NCBI GenBank assembly: GCA_902494345.1
Contig: CABUSV010000013.1
Location: 5,482-69,481 of the forward strand
Reading direction: 5' to 3'
Source: an uncultured Collinsella sp.
GTDB lineage: Bacteria; Actinomycetota; Coriobacteriia; Coriobacteriales; Coriobacteriaceae
DNA length: 64,000 nt
Position 1 is the stretch's first letter, and every line of letters begins with the position of its first letter. This document shows positions 29,020 to 40,916 of the stretch, piece by piece. The notes beneath the pieces were generated by a model, which made no database searches, was not told the DNA's origin, and saw nothing but the letters and a program-made list of their open reading frames with translations. The position numbers and the translations under genes are program-made.

Positions 29020-30495
29020 TTACAGCGCCATCGTGCGGGCGCGGTCAATGCGCGCCAGGCAGTCGTCGCGGCCGACGAGCGCCATGGTCTCGCCCAGCGG
29101 AGGACTCACCATATTGCCGCAGACGGCGACGCGCACGGCCTGGAACACCACGCGCTTCTTAAGGTCCATCTGCTCGGGCAGCGGCTCAAGCGCGGCGTCG
29201 ATGTTGGCGGCCGTCCACTCGCCCACACCCTCGAGCGCGGCCTTGGCGGCGTCCAGAATGGCACCCATGCCCTCCTTGGCCAAGCCCTTGTTGACGGACT
29301 TCTCGTCATACTCGAGCGTCTCGGCCGTAGCGAAGATGGGAGCGGCGACGGTCACGGCGTCGGCCGGCATCTTGGTGCGCGGTTTAACGATGGCAGCGAG
29401 CGCGTCGATCCAATCCTCGCCGTACTCGACATTACCCTCGATGAGACCCGCCTCGTGCAGTTCGGGGACCATGATCTCGTCGGCAAACTGAGCATCGGAC
29501 ATGCCGTTGATGTACTCAGCGTTGACCCAATCGAGCTTCTTGGGGTCGAAGGTCGCCGGGTTCTTGGAGATGCGGTCGAGCGAGAACTTGCTGGCCAGGA
29601 CATCGCGCGGGATGATCGTGGTCTCGCCGTCGAGCGACCAGCCGAGCAACGCCAGGTAGTTGACGAAGGCGTCGGACAGGTAGCCGGCGTCGCGGTACTC
29701 CTCCACCGAGGTGGCGCCGTGGCGCTTGGAGAGCTTCTTGCCGTCGGCACCCAAGATCATGGAGATGTGGGCGAACGTAGGCACGGGCGCGCCGAGGGCC
29801 TCGTAGACCATGACCTGGCGCGGGGTGTTGGACAGGTGGTCGTCGCCGCGGATGACATGGGTGATCTTCATCATGGCGTCGTCGACGACGGTCGCGAAGT
29901 TGTACGTGGGCGTGCCATCGGAGCGGAAGATGACAAAGTCGTCGAGCTCCTTGGCGTCGAAGGTCACCTCACCGTGGACGGCGTCGTGGATGACGACGTC
30001 GCCGCGGTCCTCGGGCACCTTGATGCGCAGGACGTAGGACTCGCCGGCCTCGATGCGGCGGCGGGCCTCCTCGGGATCAAGATCGCGGCAACGGCGCTGA
30101 TAGCCCTGGAAGGGGTCCTTGCGCTCCTGCGCGGCCTTGCGGTCGGCGTCGAGCTGCTCCTTGGTGCAGAAGCAGGGATAGGCCTTGCCCTCGTCCCAAA
30201 GCTTCTGGGCGGCCTGCTTGTACAGGTCCAAGCGCTCGGTCTGGGCGTAGGGGCCAAAGTCGCCGCCCACCTCGGGACCCTCGTCCCAGTCAAGGCCCAG
30301 CCAACGCATGGCGCGCAGGATGATCTGCGTGTTCTCGTCGGTGGAGCGGGTGGGGTCGGTGTCGTCGATGCGTAGGATGAACGTGCCGCCGTTTGCGCGG
30401 GCGAAAGCCCAGTTATAGATAGCGGTGCGGGCGCCGCCGATGTGCAGCTTGCCCGTCGGTGAGGGTGCAAAGCGGACGCGAACGTCTGATGCCAT
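29020..30495 (-). CDS. gltX: Glutamate-tRNA ligase
   Basis: RFAPSPTGKLHIGG (HIGH-like), KLSKRHG (KMSKS-like). Confidence 0.97.
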   Translation of the reverse strand: MASDVRVRFAPSPTGKLHIGGARTAIYNWAFARANGGTFILRIDDTDPTRSTDENTQIILRAMRWLGLDWDEGPEVGGDFGPYAQTERLDLYKQAAQKLWDEGKAYPCFCTKEQLDADRKAAQERKDPFQGYQRRCRDLDPEEARRRIEAGESYVLRIKVPEDRGDVVIHDAVHGEVTFDAKELDDFVIFRSDGTPTYNFATVVDDAMMKITHVIRGDDHLSNTPRQVMVYEALGAPVPTFAHISMILGADGKKLSKRHGATSVEEYRDAGYLSDAFVNYLALLGWSLDGETTIIPRDVLASKFSLDRISKNPATFDPKKLDWVNAEYINGMSDAQFADEIMVPELHEAGLIEGNVEYGEDWIDALAAIVKPRTKMPADAVTVAAPIFATAETLEYDEKSVNKGLAKEGMGAILDAAKAALEGVGEWTAANIDAALEPLPEQMDLKKRVVFQAVRVAVCGNMVSPPLGETMALVGRDDCLARIDRARTMAL

Positions 30496-30575
30496 GGAAA
30501 TCTCCTCGATTGCAGGATGGATGTCTAACCGCATTAGTATAAAGCATCAAAGCAACCTCCGCACAAAGGGCACCG

Positions 30576-30673
30576 ACCTACTCATTGGGGACAGACTTAA
30601 ATGATCAGTCTTTGGGCAACCTGTCGGCACTTAGGTAAGGCTGGTCATTTAAGTCTGTCCCCAATGAGTAGGT
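30576..30673. repeat. Long palindromic element between divergent gltX and metK
   Basis: ACCTACTCATTGGGGACAGACTTAAATGA / TCATTTAAGTCTGTCCCCAATGAGTAGGT 29-bp perfect arms. Confidence 0.85.
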
Positions 30674-30778
30674 GCGGAAAGGGTGTGAATGTTTGATTTA
30701 CGCGCTATGATGTGCCCTTGCATAGAGAGCCCGGCGGAATGGTAACGGTCGCCGGGACACGTTTTTGAAAGGACAATC

Positions 30779-32059
<1,281 letters not shown>

Positions 32060-32096
32060 GCACGCGGCTAAAGCTACAGCCAAATAGAAACGCACC

Positions 32097-32132
32097 AAAA
32101 AGAGGTACCGAAACAACCGGTACCTCTTTTTT
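32097..32132 (+). terminator. Intrinsic terminator after metK
   Basis: AAAAAGAGGTACCG / CGGTACCTCTTTTT. Confidence 0.8.
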
Positions 32133-32228
32133 ATTTAATCGGTGGTGAAGATGAGTCGACATGGAGCACAGAATAGGTCTCCAGCTGATGGATTTTGCAG
32201 CATGAGCGCCTCTACCATGTATCCTAAG

Positions 32229-32347
32229 TTCCGAGGGCTTTGGTATTTGGTCGATCGCGAGTTCCGCACGAGCCGGAGGCCACTTAATGTGGCCTCCGTG
32301 CGAGCCAGGACTGTAGAGCAGGCGACCAAATACCAAAGCCCTCGGAA
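32229..32347. repeat. Nested palindromic element
   Basis: 25-bp perfect arms TTCCGAGGGCTTTGGTATTTGGTCG / CGACCAAATACCAAAGCCCTCGGAA; inner CGGAGGCCAC/GTGGCCTCCG. Confidence 0.85.
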
Positions 32348-32371
32348 CGACGGGATAGAGAAGGAGCACCC

Positions 32372-33979
32372 ATGGCAGGCAAGCCGCAAACACTAGCTAC
32401 GACCTCGGCATTCGAGATCTTGGGCCCCGTCATGGTCGGCCCCAGCTCATCGCACACCGCCGGCGCCCTACGCTGCGCCCAAGTTGCCGCCAGCCTGCTG
32501 GAAGGCCACATCACCAAAGCCACCTTTGGCCTGTGGAACTCCTTCGCCCACACCTACCGCGGCCACGGCACCGATCGTGCGCTCGTCGCGGGCATCCTAG
32601 GCCTCGACACCGATGACGAGAATATCAAGCAGGCCTTCGACCTCGCTCGCGAGCAGGGCCTCGAATATCACTTTGACATCAAGGGCGACGACGCCTCCAT
32701 CCACCCCAATACCGTCGACATTGACATGGTAGACGACACGGGCGCCACGGCACAGGTCCGCGGCGAAAGTCTGGGCGGTGGGAAGATGCGTATCAGCCGC
32801 ATCAACGGCGTCGGCGTCGACATCTCGGGCATGTACTCCACGCTCTTCGTGGCGCACCAGGATGTTCCCGGCGTACTCGCCGCACTCACGAACTTACTCG
32901 CCTACGCCCATGTAAACATCGCGTTTTGCCGTACCTACCGCACCGAAGTGGGCGGCCAGGCCTACTCCGTCTTTGAGACCGACGGCGCGCCCGACGACAC
33001 CGTTATCCCCATGCTACGCAAACTCGACAATGTCGATTACGCGACCTTTATCGAGCTCCCCGGTTCTGCCTCGTCGCTCTCCCCCGGTGTCTCGGCAAAG
33101 GAGATCTTCGACGACGGCGAGCAGCTGCTCGATGCGTGCGCCGAGCTCGGCCTGAATATCGGCGCCGTTATGGCCGTGCGCGAGGCGCGTCTGACCGGCG
33201 AGACCCACGCCGTCGCCGCCATGCGCCGCGTGCTCGACGTCATGCGCGAAGAGACCACAGCCCCTATCGCAAATCCGCAGCGCTCGCTCGGCGGACTTAT
33301 CGGCGGCGAGGCCAAGCTCGTCGAAGCAACCCGCCGCAACGATTTGAGCACGAGCCTGATGGGCACCGTCCAGACCGACGCCGTGGCCCGCGCGATGGCC
33401 GTGCTCGAGCGCTCCGCCACGATGGGCGTGATCGTCGCCGCCCCCACGGCAGGCTCCGCGGGTGTCGTGCCCGGCTGCGTGCTGGCGCTCGCCGATCACC
33501 TTCAGCTCGACGACGAGCAGGTCATGGACGCGCTCTACTGCGCAGCCGCCATCGGTCTCAACCTCACCACGAGCGCCTGCGTCGCCGGCGCCGAGGGCGG
33601 CTGCCAGGCCGAGGTGGGAAGCGCCGCCGCCATGGCAGCCGCCGCTCTGGCGCAGATGCTCGGCGGCACGCCCGAGCAGGCTCTCGACGCCAGTTCCATC
33701 GCGCTGAGTAACCTGCTGGGCCTCGTTTGCGACCCCGTCGGTGGCCTCGTGGAGGTGCCCTGCCAAAACCGCAACGCCATCGGCGTGGCAGCGGCCTTTA
33801 GCTCGGCACAACTCGCCCTCGCAGGCATTAAGAGCTTGGTGCCGTTTGACCAGATGGCACATGTCATGCTCTCGGTGGGTCACGCGTTGCCGGCCACGCT
33901 ACGCGAGACGGCAAAGGGCGGCATCGCGCAGGCACCGGCCGCACTTTCAGCCTGTGCAAAATGCGGTGTGTGCGGATAA
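32372..33979 (+). CDS. Fe-S L-serine dehydratase, fused beta + ACT + alpha domains
   Basis: MVGPSSSHTAGA, GHGTD, ACT-like DVPGVLA, APTAGSAG, GGCQAEVG, GLVCDPVGGLVEVPC. Confidence 0.92.
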   Translation: MAGKPQTLATTSAFEILGPVMVGPSSSHTAGALRCAQVAASLLEGHITKATFGLWNSFAHTYRGHGTDRALVAGILGLDTDDENIKQAFDLAREQGLEYHFDIKGDDASIHPNTVDIDMVDDTGATAQVRGESLGGGKMRISRINGVGVDISGMYSTLFVAHQDVPGVLAALTNLLAYAHVNIAFCRTYRTEVGGQAYSVFETDGAPDDTVIPMLRKLDNVDYATFIELPGSASSLSPGVSAKEIFDDGEQLLDACAELGLNIGAVMAVREARLTGETHAVAAMRRVLDVMREETTAPIANPQRSLGGLIGGEAKLVEATRRNDLSTSLMGTVQTDAVARAMAVLERSATMGVIVAAPTAGSAGVVPGCVLALADHLQLDDEQVMDALYCAAAIGLNLTTSACVAGAEGGCQAEVGSAAAMAAAALAQMLGGTPEQALDASSIALSNLLGLVCDPVGGLVEVPCQNRNAIGVAAAFSSAQLALAGIKSLVPFDQMAHVMLSVGHALPATLRETAKGGIAQAPAALSACAKCGVCG

Positions 33980-33995
33980 CGGCTAAGAACGACTC

Positions 33996-34024
33996 AGAGG
34001 TGGGACAAATGTCCCACCTCTTTT
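33996..34024 (+). terminator. Intrinsic terminator
   Basis: AGAGGTGGGACA-AA-TGTCCCACCTCT followed by TTT. Confidence 0.75.
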
Positions 34025-34128
34025 GAATGCCACCGTTTCCGTACCACAAACAGCAGGGCAATCGCTATAATGCAAGCCCAGTAAAAACACGATGAGCCAT
34101 AAGGCGAAATTCGAAGGATATGCATACG

Positions 34129-35844
34129 ATGTCGCAAAACGATCGAACTCAACTGATTCCCGATCCGCAGCAGCCGAGCAGGCACACCGGCGGCGTTCAG
34201 TCACCGCGTCCTATCGCTCCGAGCCACGGTCAGCAGCGTGGTGCTGCAAACGCTTCCCAACGCCCAAACCAACAGCGACAGCAGCGCCAGGCAAACGGCA
34301 ATGCGCCCAAGCAGCCCCCCACGCACGCCCAAGGCGATCGCGGCCCCGCGCGCAAGTCCGCCGGCAACAATAAGTCGGGCAAAAAGACGACGCTCTTTGT
34401 CGTCTTGGGTCTTATCGTCATTGTCTATATCGTAGGAATCGTAGCGTTTTCGCAGCTAGCCTACCCCAACACCACCATCGCCGGCGTCGACGTCTCGTTC
34501 TCCAACGCTTCGTCTGCCGCTACCAAGGTCAATTCGGCATGGAAGCACTATAAGCTCACCGTGACAGGCGATGACTTTAGCTGGACCTATCAGCCCGAGT
34601 CCGATGAGCCCATCGTCGATGGCGAAGCTGCCGCAAAAGAGATTATCAGCCACAACGAAGCCTTTGTATGGCCGGTCCGCCTTGTGGAATCCTTAAGCGG
34701 CAAGGTCAAAACAACCGCTACCTCCAACGAAGTCGATCTTGATCAAGACGTCGACCTGTCCATGCTCTCCGATACCTTTGACCAAAAGAAGTTTGAGAAG
34801 GATCTGGGCGCCGCCATCGACGAGTTTAACGAGGGGCGTTCGGGCACGTTCGAGGCCAATAGCTCCTATGACGAGCAGGCCGGCAAGTTTACCGTCGAGA
34901 AGGCGCGCTCCAACGAAAAACTCAACCGCGAGCATGTCATTAAGTATGCCGAGCTCGAGCTTGCCTCGCTGGCCGAGACCGTAGATCTTTCCAAGCTCGG
35001 AAACGATGCCTATGAGCCGCTCAATGGAACGCTGACCGATGATCAGATTCAGGCCGCATGCGATGCCGCCAACAACTTCCTGGGCGTCAACGTGACCCTC
35101 ATGCTCAACGGCGAGGATGCCGGCAAGGTTGATGGCAGCTCCGTGTTGCAGTGGATCAGCTTTGCCGATCCGGCCAATCCCACGCTCGATACGTCGCAGA
35201 TCAGCAGCTGGGCAGCCGAGCTCGCCAACGGCTTTAATACCGTGGGCTCCACTCGCTGGTGGACGCGCGCCGATGGCAAGCAGTGCGCCGTCGAAGGCGG
35301 CGACTTTGGTTGGTCCATCGACAGCAGCTCGCTCGCCAAGCAGGTCGAGGACGCCATTAACAACAAGCAGACCGGCGAAATCGAGATCAAGTACTCCCAG
35401 AAGGCCGACACCTTTACCGCAAAGGGAGAGCCCGACTGGAAGGCGTATATCGACGTCGACCTGTCCGAGCAGCACGCGCGCTACTATGACGAGAACGGTA
35501 ATATCGTTTGGGAGGCCAACTTTATTTCCGGCAAACCGGGCGAAGACGCCACCCCCGAGGGCGTGTGGCAGATCAACAGCAACGACGGCGGCAGCACCCT
35601 GATCGGAGCCAAGGACCCCGAGACCGGTAAGCCCAAATACGAAAGCCCGGTGAGCTACTGGATGCCGTTCGAGGGCAATATGATCGGCTTCCACGATGCC
35701 ACCTGGCAAAACGACAAGAGCTTCGATAACGCCGAGTCATACAAATGGTGCGGCAGCCACGGCTGCATCAACCTGCGTCTGGCAGACGCCAAGGCACTTC
35801 ACGACTGCATCAAAGTCGGCCTGTGCGTGGTTGTCCACTCGTAG
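34129..35844 (+). CDS. Membrane-anchored L,D-transpeptidase (YkuD domain)
   Basis: Single TM helix, YIDVDLSEQ, TPEG, IGFHDA, GSHGCINL. Confidence 0.9.
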   Translation: MSQNDRTQLIPDPQQPSRHTGGVQSPRPIAPSHGQQRGAANASQRPNQQRQQRQANGNAPKQPPTHAQGDRGPARKSAGNNKSGKKTTLFVVLGLIVIVYIVGIVAFSQLAYPNTTIAGVDVSFSNASSAATKVNSAWKHYKLTVTGDDFSWTYQPESDEPIVDGEAAAKEIISHNEAFVWPVRLVESLSGKVKTTATSNEVDLDQDVDLSMLSDTFDQKKFEKDLGAAIDEFNEGRSGTFEANSSYDEQAGKFTVEKARSNEKLNREHVIKYAELELASLAETVDLSKLGNDAYEPLNGTLTDDQIQAACDAANNFLGVNVTLMLNGEDAGKVDGSSVLQWISFADPANPTLDTSQISSWAAELANGFNTVGSTRWWTRADGKQCAVEGGDFGWSIDSSSLAKQVEDAINNKQTGEIEIKYSQKADTFTAKGEPDWKAYIDVDLSEQHARYYDENGNIVWEANFISGKPGEDATPEGVWQINSNDGGSTLIGAKDPETGKPKYESPVSYWMPFEGNMIGFHDATWQNDKSFDNAESYKWCGSHGCINLRLADAKALHDCIKVGLCVVVHS

Positions 35845-35976
35845 TGCAACGCGCGCATTCCTACAACGTGGAACCGCAGCGACCAATCTAACAGTTCCGA
35901 AAGAAACCGTCCTATGCGCCCGCCCCAACCGGTGGGCGCATATAATTATCGAGGTTCTTTCTATAAAGGAGACGCT

Positions 35977-37413
35977 ATGCCGAATGTCCCCACGATCACC
36001 CCGGGCCCAGATGATACCGAGCGCACGCCCGAAGGTGCCACCGAAACGATTCCTCTGATTACAAACGTACATGCCGACAAGCAGAGCGAACGCACGAACG
36101 ATACGGCCGAGATTTCCGATGAAGAGGCGTATGCCAAGCTCAAGGCAAAACGTGCCGAACGTCGACGCAAAAAGCTGATTCGACGCGGTATTGCCGCCGG
36201 CGTCATAGGTGCCATCGCGCTCATTTCCATTGTCGCAACCCTGGTTATCAATGCGCAGCCACAGGGCGCTAGCGGTCCTGTGACCGACATGGTGACCGAG
36301 GGCACGTTTACCACAACGGTCGAGGCGAAAGGCCAGCTCAAACCCATTTCGTCCTCAGTGGTCTCCCCTTCTGTCGACGGTACGGTCGATTCGATCAACG
36401 TGCAGGCAGGCCAATCCGTCAACGAGGGCGACGTGCTTATGACCATTAAAAACGACGAGCTCGACCGCAACGTTGCCGAGGCGCAGCGTGCAGTTGCAGC
36501 CGCCCAGGAAGACCTCACCAACGCGCAGAAAGCCGCCGCTGCCGCGCAGGCCACCCCAACGACGGACGTCGATGGAGCTTCCGCAGCGGCTGGCGTCTCC
36601 GCCGCATCAGCGGATACGAATGCCGTATCGGCCGCGCAGCGCAGCCTCGCATCGGCCCAGGCAAACCTCGATCAGGCGAACGCCAAGGCAGCCAGCCGTA
36701 CGGTCACGGCCCCGAGCTCGGGCAGCATCGTGGAGCTCAACGCCAAGGTGGGCGCCACGGTAACAGGCGGCATGATCATGGGCGAAAGCGACACGAGCAG
36801 CGGCAAGCAGTGCATGCAGATCGCCGACCTATCCAAGATGAAGGTGACCGTGCAAGTGGGCGAAAAGGACATCGCCAAGATCGCCGTTGGGCAGAGCACC
36901 AACGTCACGTATCCCGCGTTTCCCGATATCGTGAGCCAGGGCACCGTCACGGCTATCGCGTCGGTGGCAAACTCCGACGCCGCCAACGGTGGCGGCGGCA
37001 GCGTGACCTTTAACGTCGACATCCTCATCGAGGCGCCCGACGCGCGCCTGAAGCCGGGCATGACGGCCGAGGTCTCGGTGGTGACCGAGCAGCTCGACGA
37101 CGTGGTGATGGTGCCGACGATGGCGCTCATGACCGAAGACGGCGAACACTATTACGTCAACGTGGCAACCGATGACGAAAGCAAGGATACGCGCCGCGTG
37201 AAGGTGACCGTCGTGACGCAAAACGACAACGAAGCCGTAGTCGGCAAGACACAGGTCAAGCGCGACGACCAGGGCAACGAGATCAACCCTGGCGTACCCA
37301 CAACCAAACTGCGCGATGGTGACACGCTCGTCATGGACACCGGAGCGGACGCAACGGCTGACGGCGGCTACAGCGCGGATTCGGGCAGCATGTCTGCTGA
37401 TGAGGGCATGTAA
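35977..37413 (+). CDS. Efflux membrane-fusion/adaptor subunit (MacA/HlyD-like)
   Basis: TM helix, lipoyl-like VQAGQSVNEGDVL, coiled coil, LKPGMTAEV. Confidence 0.85.
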   Translation: MPNVPTITPGPDDTERTPEGATETIPLITNVHADKQSERTNDTAEISDEEAYAKLKAKRAERRRKKLIRRGIAAGVIGAIALISIVATLVINAQPQGASGPVTDMVTEGTFTTTVEAKGQLKPISSSVVSPSVDGTVDSINVQAGQSVNEGDVLMTIKNDELDRNVAEAQRAVAAAQEDLTNAQKAAAAAQATPTTDVDGASAAAGVSAASADTNAVSAAQRSLASAQANLDQANAKAASRTVTAPSSGSIVELNAKVGATVTGGMIMGESDTSSGKQCMQIADLSKMKVTVQVGEKDIAKIAVGQSTNVTYPAFPDIVSQGTVTAIASVANSDAANGGGGSVTFNVDILIEAPDARLKPGMTAEVSVVTEQLDDVVMVPTMALMTEDGEHYYVNVATDDESKDTRRVKVTVVTQNDNEAVVGKTQVKRDDQGNEINPGVPTTKLRDGDTLVMDTGADATADGGYSADSGSMSADEGM

Positions 37414-38186
37414 TGCGTCCCGTTATCGACATCCGCAACGTGCACCGCATTTTTGAGAGCGAGGCGGGGTGCGCCCACATCCTGCACAACGTGAGCCTGG
37501 CGGTAAATCCCGGCGAATTCGTCGCTATCACTGGCCCCTCGGGTTCGGGCAAATCAACGCTCATGAACATCCTAGGCTGCCTGGATAAGCCGACGGCGGG
37601 CGACTACTACCTGCAAGGGATCAACGTGGCCGAGCTTGACGATGACGAGCTCACCGAAGTTCGCGCCCTGAGCATTGGCTTTGTCTTTCAGAGCTTCAAC
37701 CTGCTGCCGCGCCTGTCGGTTATCGAAAACGTCATGCTGCCGTTGGCCTACACCAATGTGCCCCGAAGCCAGCGGGAAATGCGCGCCGTGCACGCGCTGC
37801 AGGCCGTCACGCTACCGGTCGACCACTGGGACCACCGCATATCCGAGCTCTCGGGCGGCCAGATGCAGCGTGTCGCCATCGCGCGCGCCCTTGTCAATGA
37901 CCCGCCCATCATCCTGGCCGATGAGCCGACGGGAAACCTGGACTCCGCAACCGGAGCGCTCGTCATGGAAACATTCCACAAGCTTCAGGAGCGCGGCAAG
38001 ACCATCGTGCTCATCACACACGACCCCGGCATCGCCGCCGAAGCCGACCGCGCCGTGACCATCCGCGACGGCCGCATCCATGACGGCGCGTATATTCCAC
38101 ATGCACCGAAGACCCTACGCAGCGCCGTAGATAGCCTGCCCATGATTTCCGCCTCCGCCAACCCGCTGAAAGGAGTGGTGGCATGA
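37413..38186 (+). CDS. ABC transporter ATP-binding protein (MacB/LolD-like)
   Basis: [34 protein letters not shown]. Confidence 0.93.
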   Translation: MRPVIDIRNVHRIFESEAGCAHILHNVSLAVNPGEFVAITGPSGSGKSTLMNILGCLDKPTAGDYYLQGINVAELDDDELTEVRALSIGFVFQSFNLLPRLSVIENVMLPLAYTNVPRSQREMRAVHALQAVTLPVDHWDHRISELSGGQMQRVAIARALVNDPPIILADEPTGNLDSATGALVMETFHKLQERGKTIVLITHDPGIAAEADRAVTIRDGRIHDGAYIPHAPKTLRSAVDSLPMISASANPLKGVVA

Positions 38187-39397
38187 GCGCCCGCGATCTC
38201 ATCCAGGAAGCCCTTCACTCGCTCGAGGCCAACAAGGGCCGCAGCCTGCTCACCATCCTGGGCATCGTCATTGGCATCGCCTCGGTTATCGCCATGACCT
38301 CACTCATCGGCGGCATCCAAAACACCCTGGTCAACAGCCTGGGCCTCAATGCGGCACGCATGGTGCAAATCTATTCGTCGCAAGAACTCACCGAGTCGGA
38401 CATCGAGAAGCTTCAAAAACTGGTGCCGCAGATAGAGCAGATCGGCATTGTCGACAGCGCGTATACCGAGTACAAGACCGGCGATAAAAGCTATACCGTC
38501 ATGGCACAGGGTGTCGATAGCGACATGCTCGACGCCGTGGGGGCCAGCAAGCTCGTTGCGGGGCGCACCTATTCCCAGGCCGAGTCCCAATCAGGCTCGC
38601 GCGTGGCGCTCATCAGCCGCGGCGGCGCCGATCAGCTTTACGGCAACGAACAGGATGCGCTGGGGAAAACCATCAAGGTGTCCAACGGCGAGGTGCAGAT
38701 TGTAGGCGTGATTGATGGCGGCAGCGACTCCATGGGCTCGCTCACGCTGTATATGCCACGCGAAACCATCGCCGGGCTGTTTGGCGACGAGAATCCTTCA
38801 TTCCCCAGTGTGACGGCACTTGCCGCCGAGGGCACGGACATGGATGAGCTTTGTAAGACCATCGAGTCCAAGGTGCGCGCGATGAAGGGCATCGCGGAGG
38901 AGAATGAGTACGACAGTGTATCGGCGACATCCATGAAAAGCGCCATCGATGCACTCAACTCCTTTATGGGCGCGTTCTCGCTCATCATGGGTGCTGTCGC
39001 CAGCATCTCGCTGCTTGTCGGCGGTATCGGCATTATGAATATGATGCTTACCAACGTAACGGAGCGCATTCGCGAGATCGGCATCCGCCGCGCTCTGGGC
39101 GCCAGTCGTCGCGATATCACCGCGCAGTTTTTGGCCGAGTCCTCGGCGCTGTGCGTGACCGGCGGACTGTTGGGTGTCCTGATTGGCTATCTGCTGGCCT
39201 GGGGCCTCGCGATGTTTGCCTCCGGATCCGGGATTCTTGGCGAGCTCGGAGCCAGCGGGCAAATCACACCGAGCTTTTCAATCGCCACGGTGCTGCTGGC
39301 CTTCGCCGTCTCCGTCGGCATCGGCGTAATCTTTGGCTTCTATCCCGCTCGCCGCGCAGCAAAGCTAAACCCGGTGGAGTGCCTACGCTACCAGTAA
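38183..39397 (+). CDS. ABC transporter permease (MacB/FtsX-like)
   Basis: RSLLTILGIVIGIASVI, GGIGIMNMMLTNVTERIREIGIRRALGA, PARRAAKLNPVECLRY. Confidence 0.92.
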   Translation: MSARDLIQEALHSLEANKGRSLLTILGIVIGIASVIAMTSLIGGIQNTLVNSLGLNAARMVQIYSSQELTESDIEKLQKLVPQIEQIGIVDSAYTEYKTGDKSYTVMAQGVDSDMLDAVGASKLVAGRTYSQAESQSGSRVALISRGGADQLYGNEQDALGKTIKVSNGEVQIVGVIDGGSDSMGSLTLYMPRETIAGLFGDENPSFPSVTALAAEGTDMDELCKTIESKVRAMKGIAEENEYDSVSATSMKSAIDALNSFMGAFSLIMGAVASISLLVGGIGIMNMMLTNVTERIREIGIRRALGASRRDITAQFLAESSALCVTGGLLGVLIGYLLAWGLAMFASGSGILGELGASGQITPSFSIATVLLAFAVSVGIGVIFGFYPARRAAKLNPVECLRYQ

Positions 39398-39410
39398 GTC
39401 ACCACCAAAA

Positions 39411-39475
39411 AGTTGCGGTGAATTAGGAACCGAATATGCTATCTAGCAGCAAACAGACACTATTTCACCGCAACT
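39411..39475. repeat. Short inverted-repeat element, copy 2 (opposite orientation to copy 1)
   Basis: AGTTGCGGTGAATTAG...CTATTTCACCGCAACT. Confidence 0.75.
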
Positions 39476-39504
39476 GATTGAAGGGCCCTAGGCGCGGCGA
39501 GCGC

Positions 39505-40278
39505 CTAGGGCGCGAACTCCCGTAAGAGCGCGTCTTCCACTTCCCGAAGCGAAAGGGCCCCGCCTCCCTCGGCGGGACGGGTGACCACGATGCAGCGCGC
39601 TCCCACGGCGCGCACTGCGGCGAGCTTCTCAGCCGTGCCGCCTGCGGTTCCCGAGTCCTTAGTCACAAGCCACTGGGCGCCCACCTGCCGAAGCATCGCC
39701 TCGTTGAGCTCGCGGGTGAAGGGCCCCTGCATGCCGATGACGTGCGACGGCGAAAACCCCGCGTCGATGCACTTCGTTATAGCACCGGGCAGCGGGAGCA
39801 CACGCACGAAGAAGCGCTCCGCGAAATCGGTGACGCACGTGTAGGGAGCAAGCTCCTTGCTCCCCGTCGTGAGAAGCGCGCGACCCGGGTTCTCGGAGAG
39901 AAAGCGCGCCGCGCAGGCGATCGACGCGACCGACACGACGCCTTTGGGCAGCGCCTCGACCGGGCGCGCAAGGCGCAGGCATCGTGCACCCACGGCGAGC
40001 GAAGCGGCCCGGATGTTGCCGCTTGCGAGCGTAGCGAAGGGATGCGTGGCGTCGACGACGATGCGCGCACCGGAAAGCTCGCGCTCCATGTCGGCTTCGT
40101 CGAGCCTGCCCGCATGCACCTCGATGCCCGGAAGCTCGCCCAAAAGCTCGCCTCCGTACTCGGTTGCCGCGTAGGCACGGGCGGGGATGCCCGCCCCGCT
40201 CGCCCATTCGCACAGAAGGCGGCCCTCGGTGGTGCCGGCGAAGATGCGCAGCGCCGGCACGGATGCGGGGGCCGTCAC
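39505..40278 (-). CDS. cbiJ: Cobalt-precorrin-6A reductase
   Basis: FAGTTEGR, VDATHPFA, GPFTRELN, LVTKDSG; GTG overlapping the cbiC stop. Confidence 0.9.
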   Translation of the reverse strand: MTAPASVPALRIFAGTTEGRLLCEWASGAGIPARAYAATEYGGELLGELPGIEVHAGRLDEADMERELSGARIVVDATHPFATLASGNIRAASLAVGARCLRLARPVEALPKGVVSVASIACAARFLSENPGRALLTTGSKELAPYTCVTDFAERFFVRVLPLPGAITKCIDAGFSPSHVIGMQGPFTRELNEAMLRQVGAQWLVTKDSGTAGGTAEKLAAVRAVGARCIVVTRPAEGGGALSLREVEDALLREFAP

Positions 40279-40916
40279 TTCGCGCCACCCGTGCGCGTGA
40301 TCTGGTAGAGCAGCGCGTTCATAATGGCGGCCGCCACGGTCGAGCCGCCCTTGCGACCCCTCGCGACGATGGCCGGCACGCGTCGCGCGAGTAGCTCCTC
40401 TTTCGCCTCGACCACGTTCACAAACCCGACCGGCACCCCAACGACGAGCGCGGGCGCGATCTTCCCCGCGTCCATGAGCTCGGCGAGGCGCAGAAGTGCT
40501 GTGGGAGCGTTGCCGACGGCCACGATGAGCGGACCCTCGATGCCGCAAGCTTTGTCCATGCTCGCAACGGCGCGAGTCGTGCCCGCGGCGCGCGCAGCCG
40601 CGGCGACATCAGGGTCGGCCATGTAGCACACGGCCTTGCAGCCGAGCTTCGCGAGCGCGGGCTTGCTTATGCCTGCGAGCGCCATGTTCGTGTCGGTGAG
40701 CACCGTGGCCCCTGTGCGCAGTGCGTCGAGCGCACAGTGCGCGGCATCATGGGTGAACACGAGGGAATCGGCGTACGAGAAGTCGGCAGTGGTGTGGATG
40801 ACGCGCTTCACGACGGGCTCCTCGAGCGGCGGGAACGTGCGGCCGCCAAGCTCTTCGGTGATGATCTCGAAGCTGCGCCGCTCGATGTCGCCGGGCGCCA
40901 TCTCCTTGGAATCCAT
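40275..40916 (-). CDS. cbiC: Cobalt-precorrin-8 methylmutase
   Basis: IERRSFEII, RVIHTTADF, GNAPTAL, PVGFVNV, GRKGGS. Confidence 0.95.
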   Translation of the reverse strand: MDSKEMAPGDIERRSFEIITEELGGRTFPPLEEPVVKRVIHTTADFSYADSLVFTHDAAHCALDALRTGATVLTDTNMALAGISKPALAKLGCKAVCYMADPDVAAAARAAGTTRAVASMDKACGIEGPLIVAVGNAPTALLRLAELMDAGKIAPALVVGVPVGFVNVVEAKEELLARRVPAIVARGRKGGSTVAAAIMNALLYQITRTGGAK

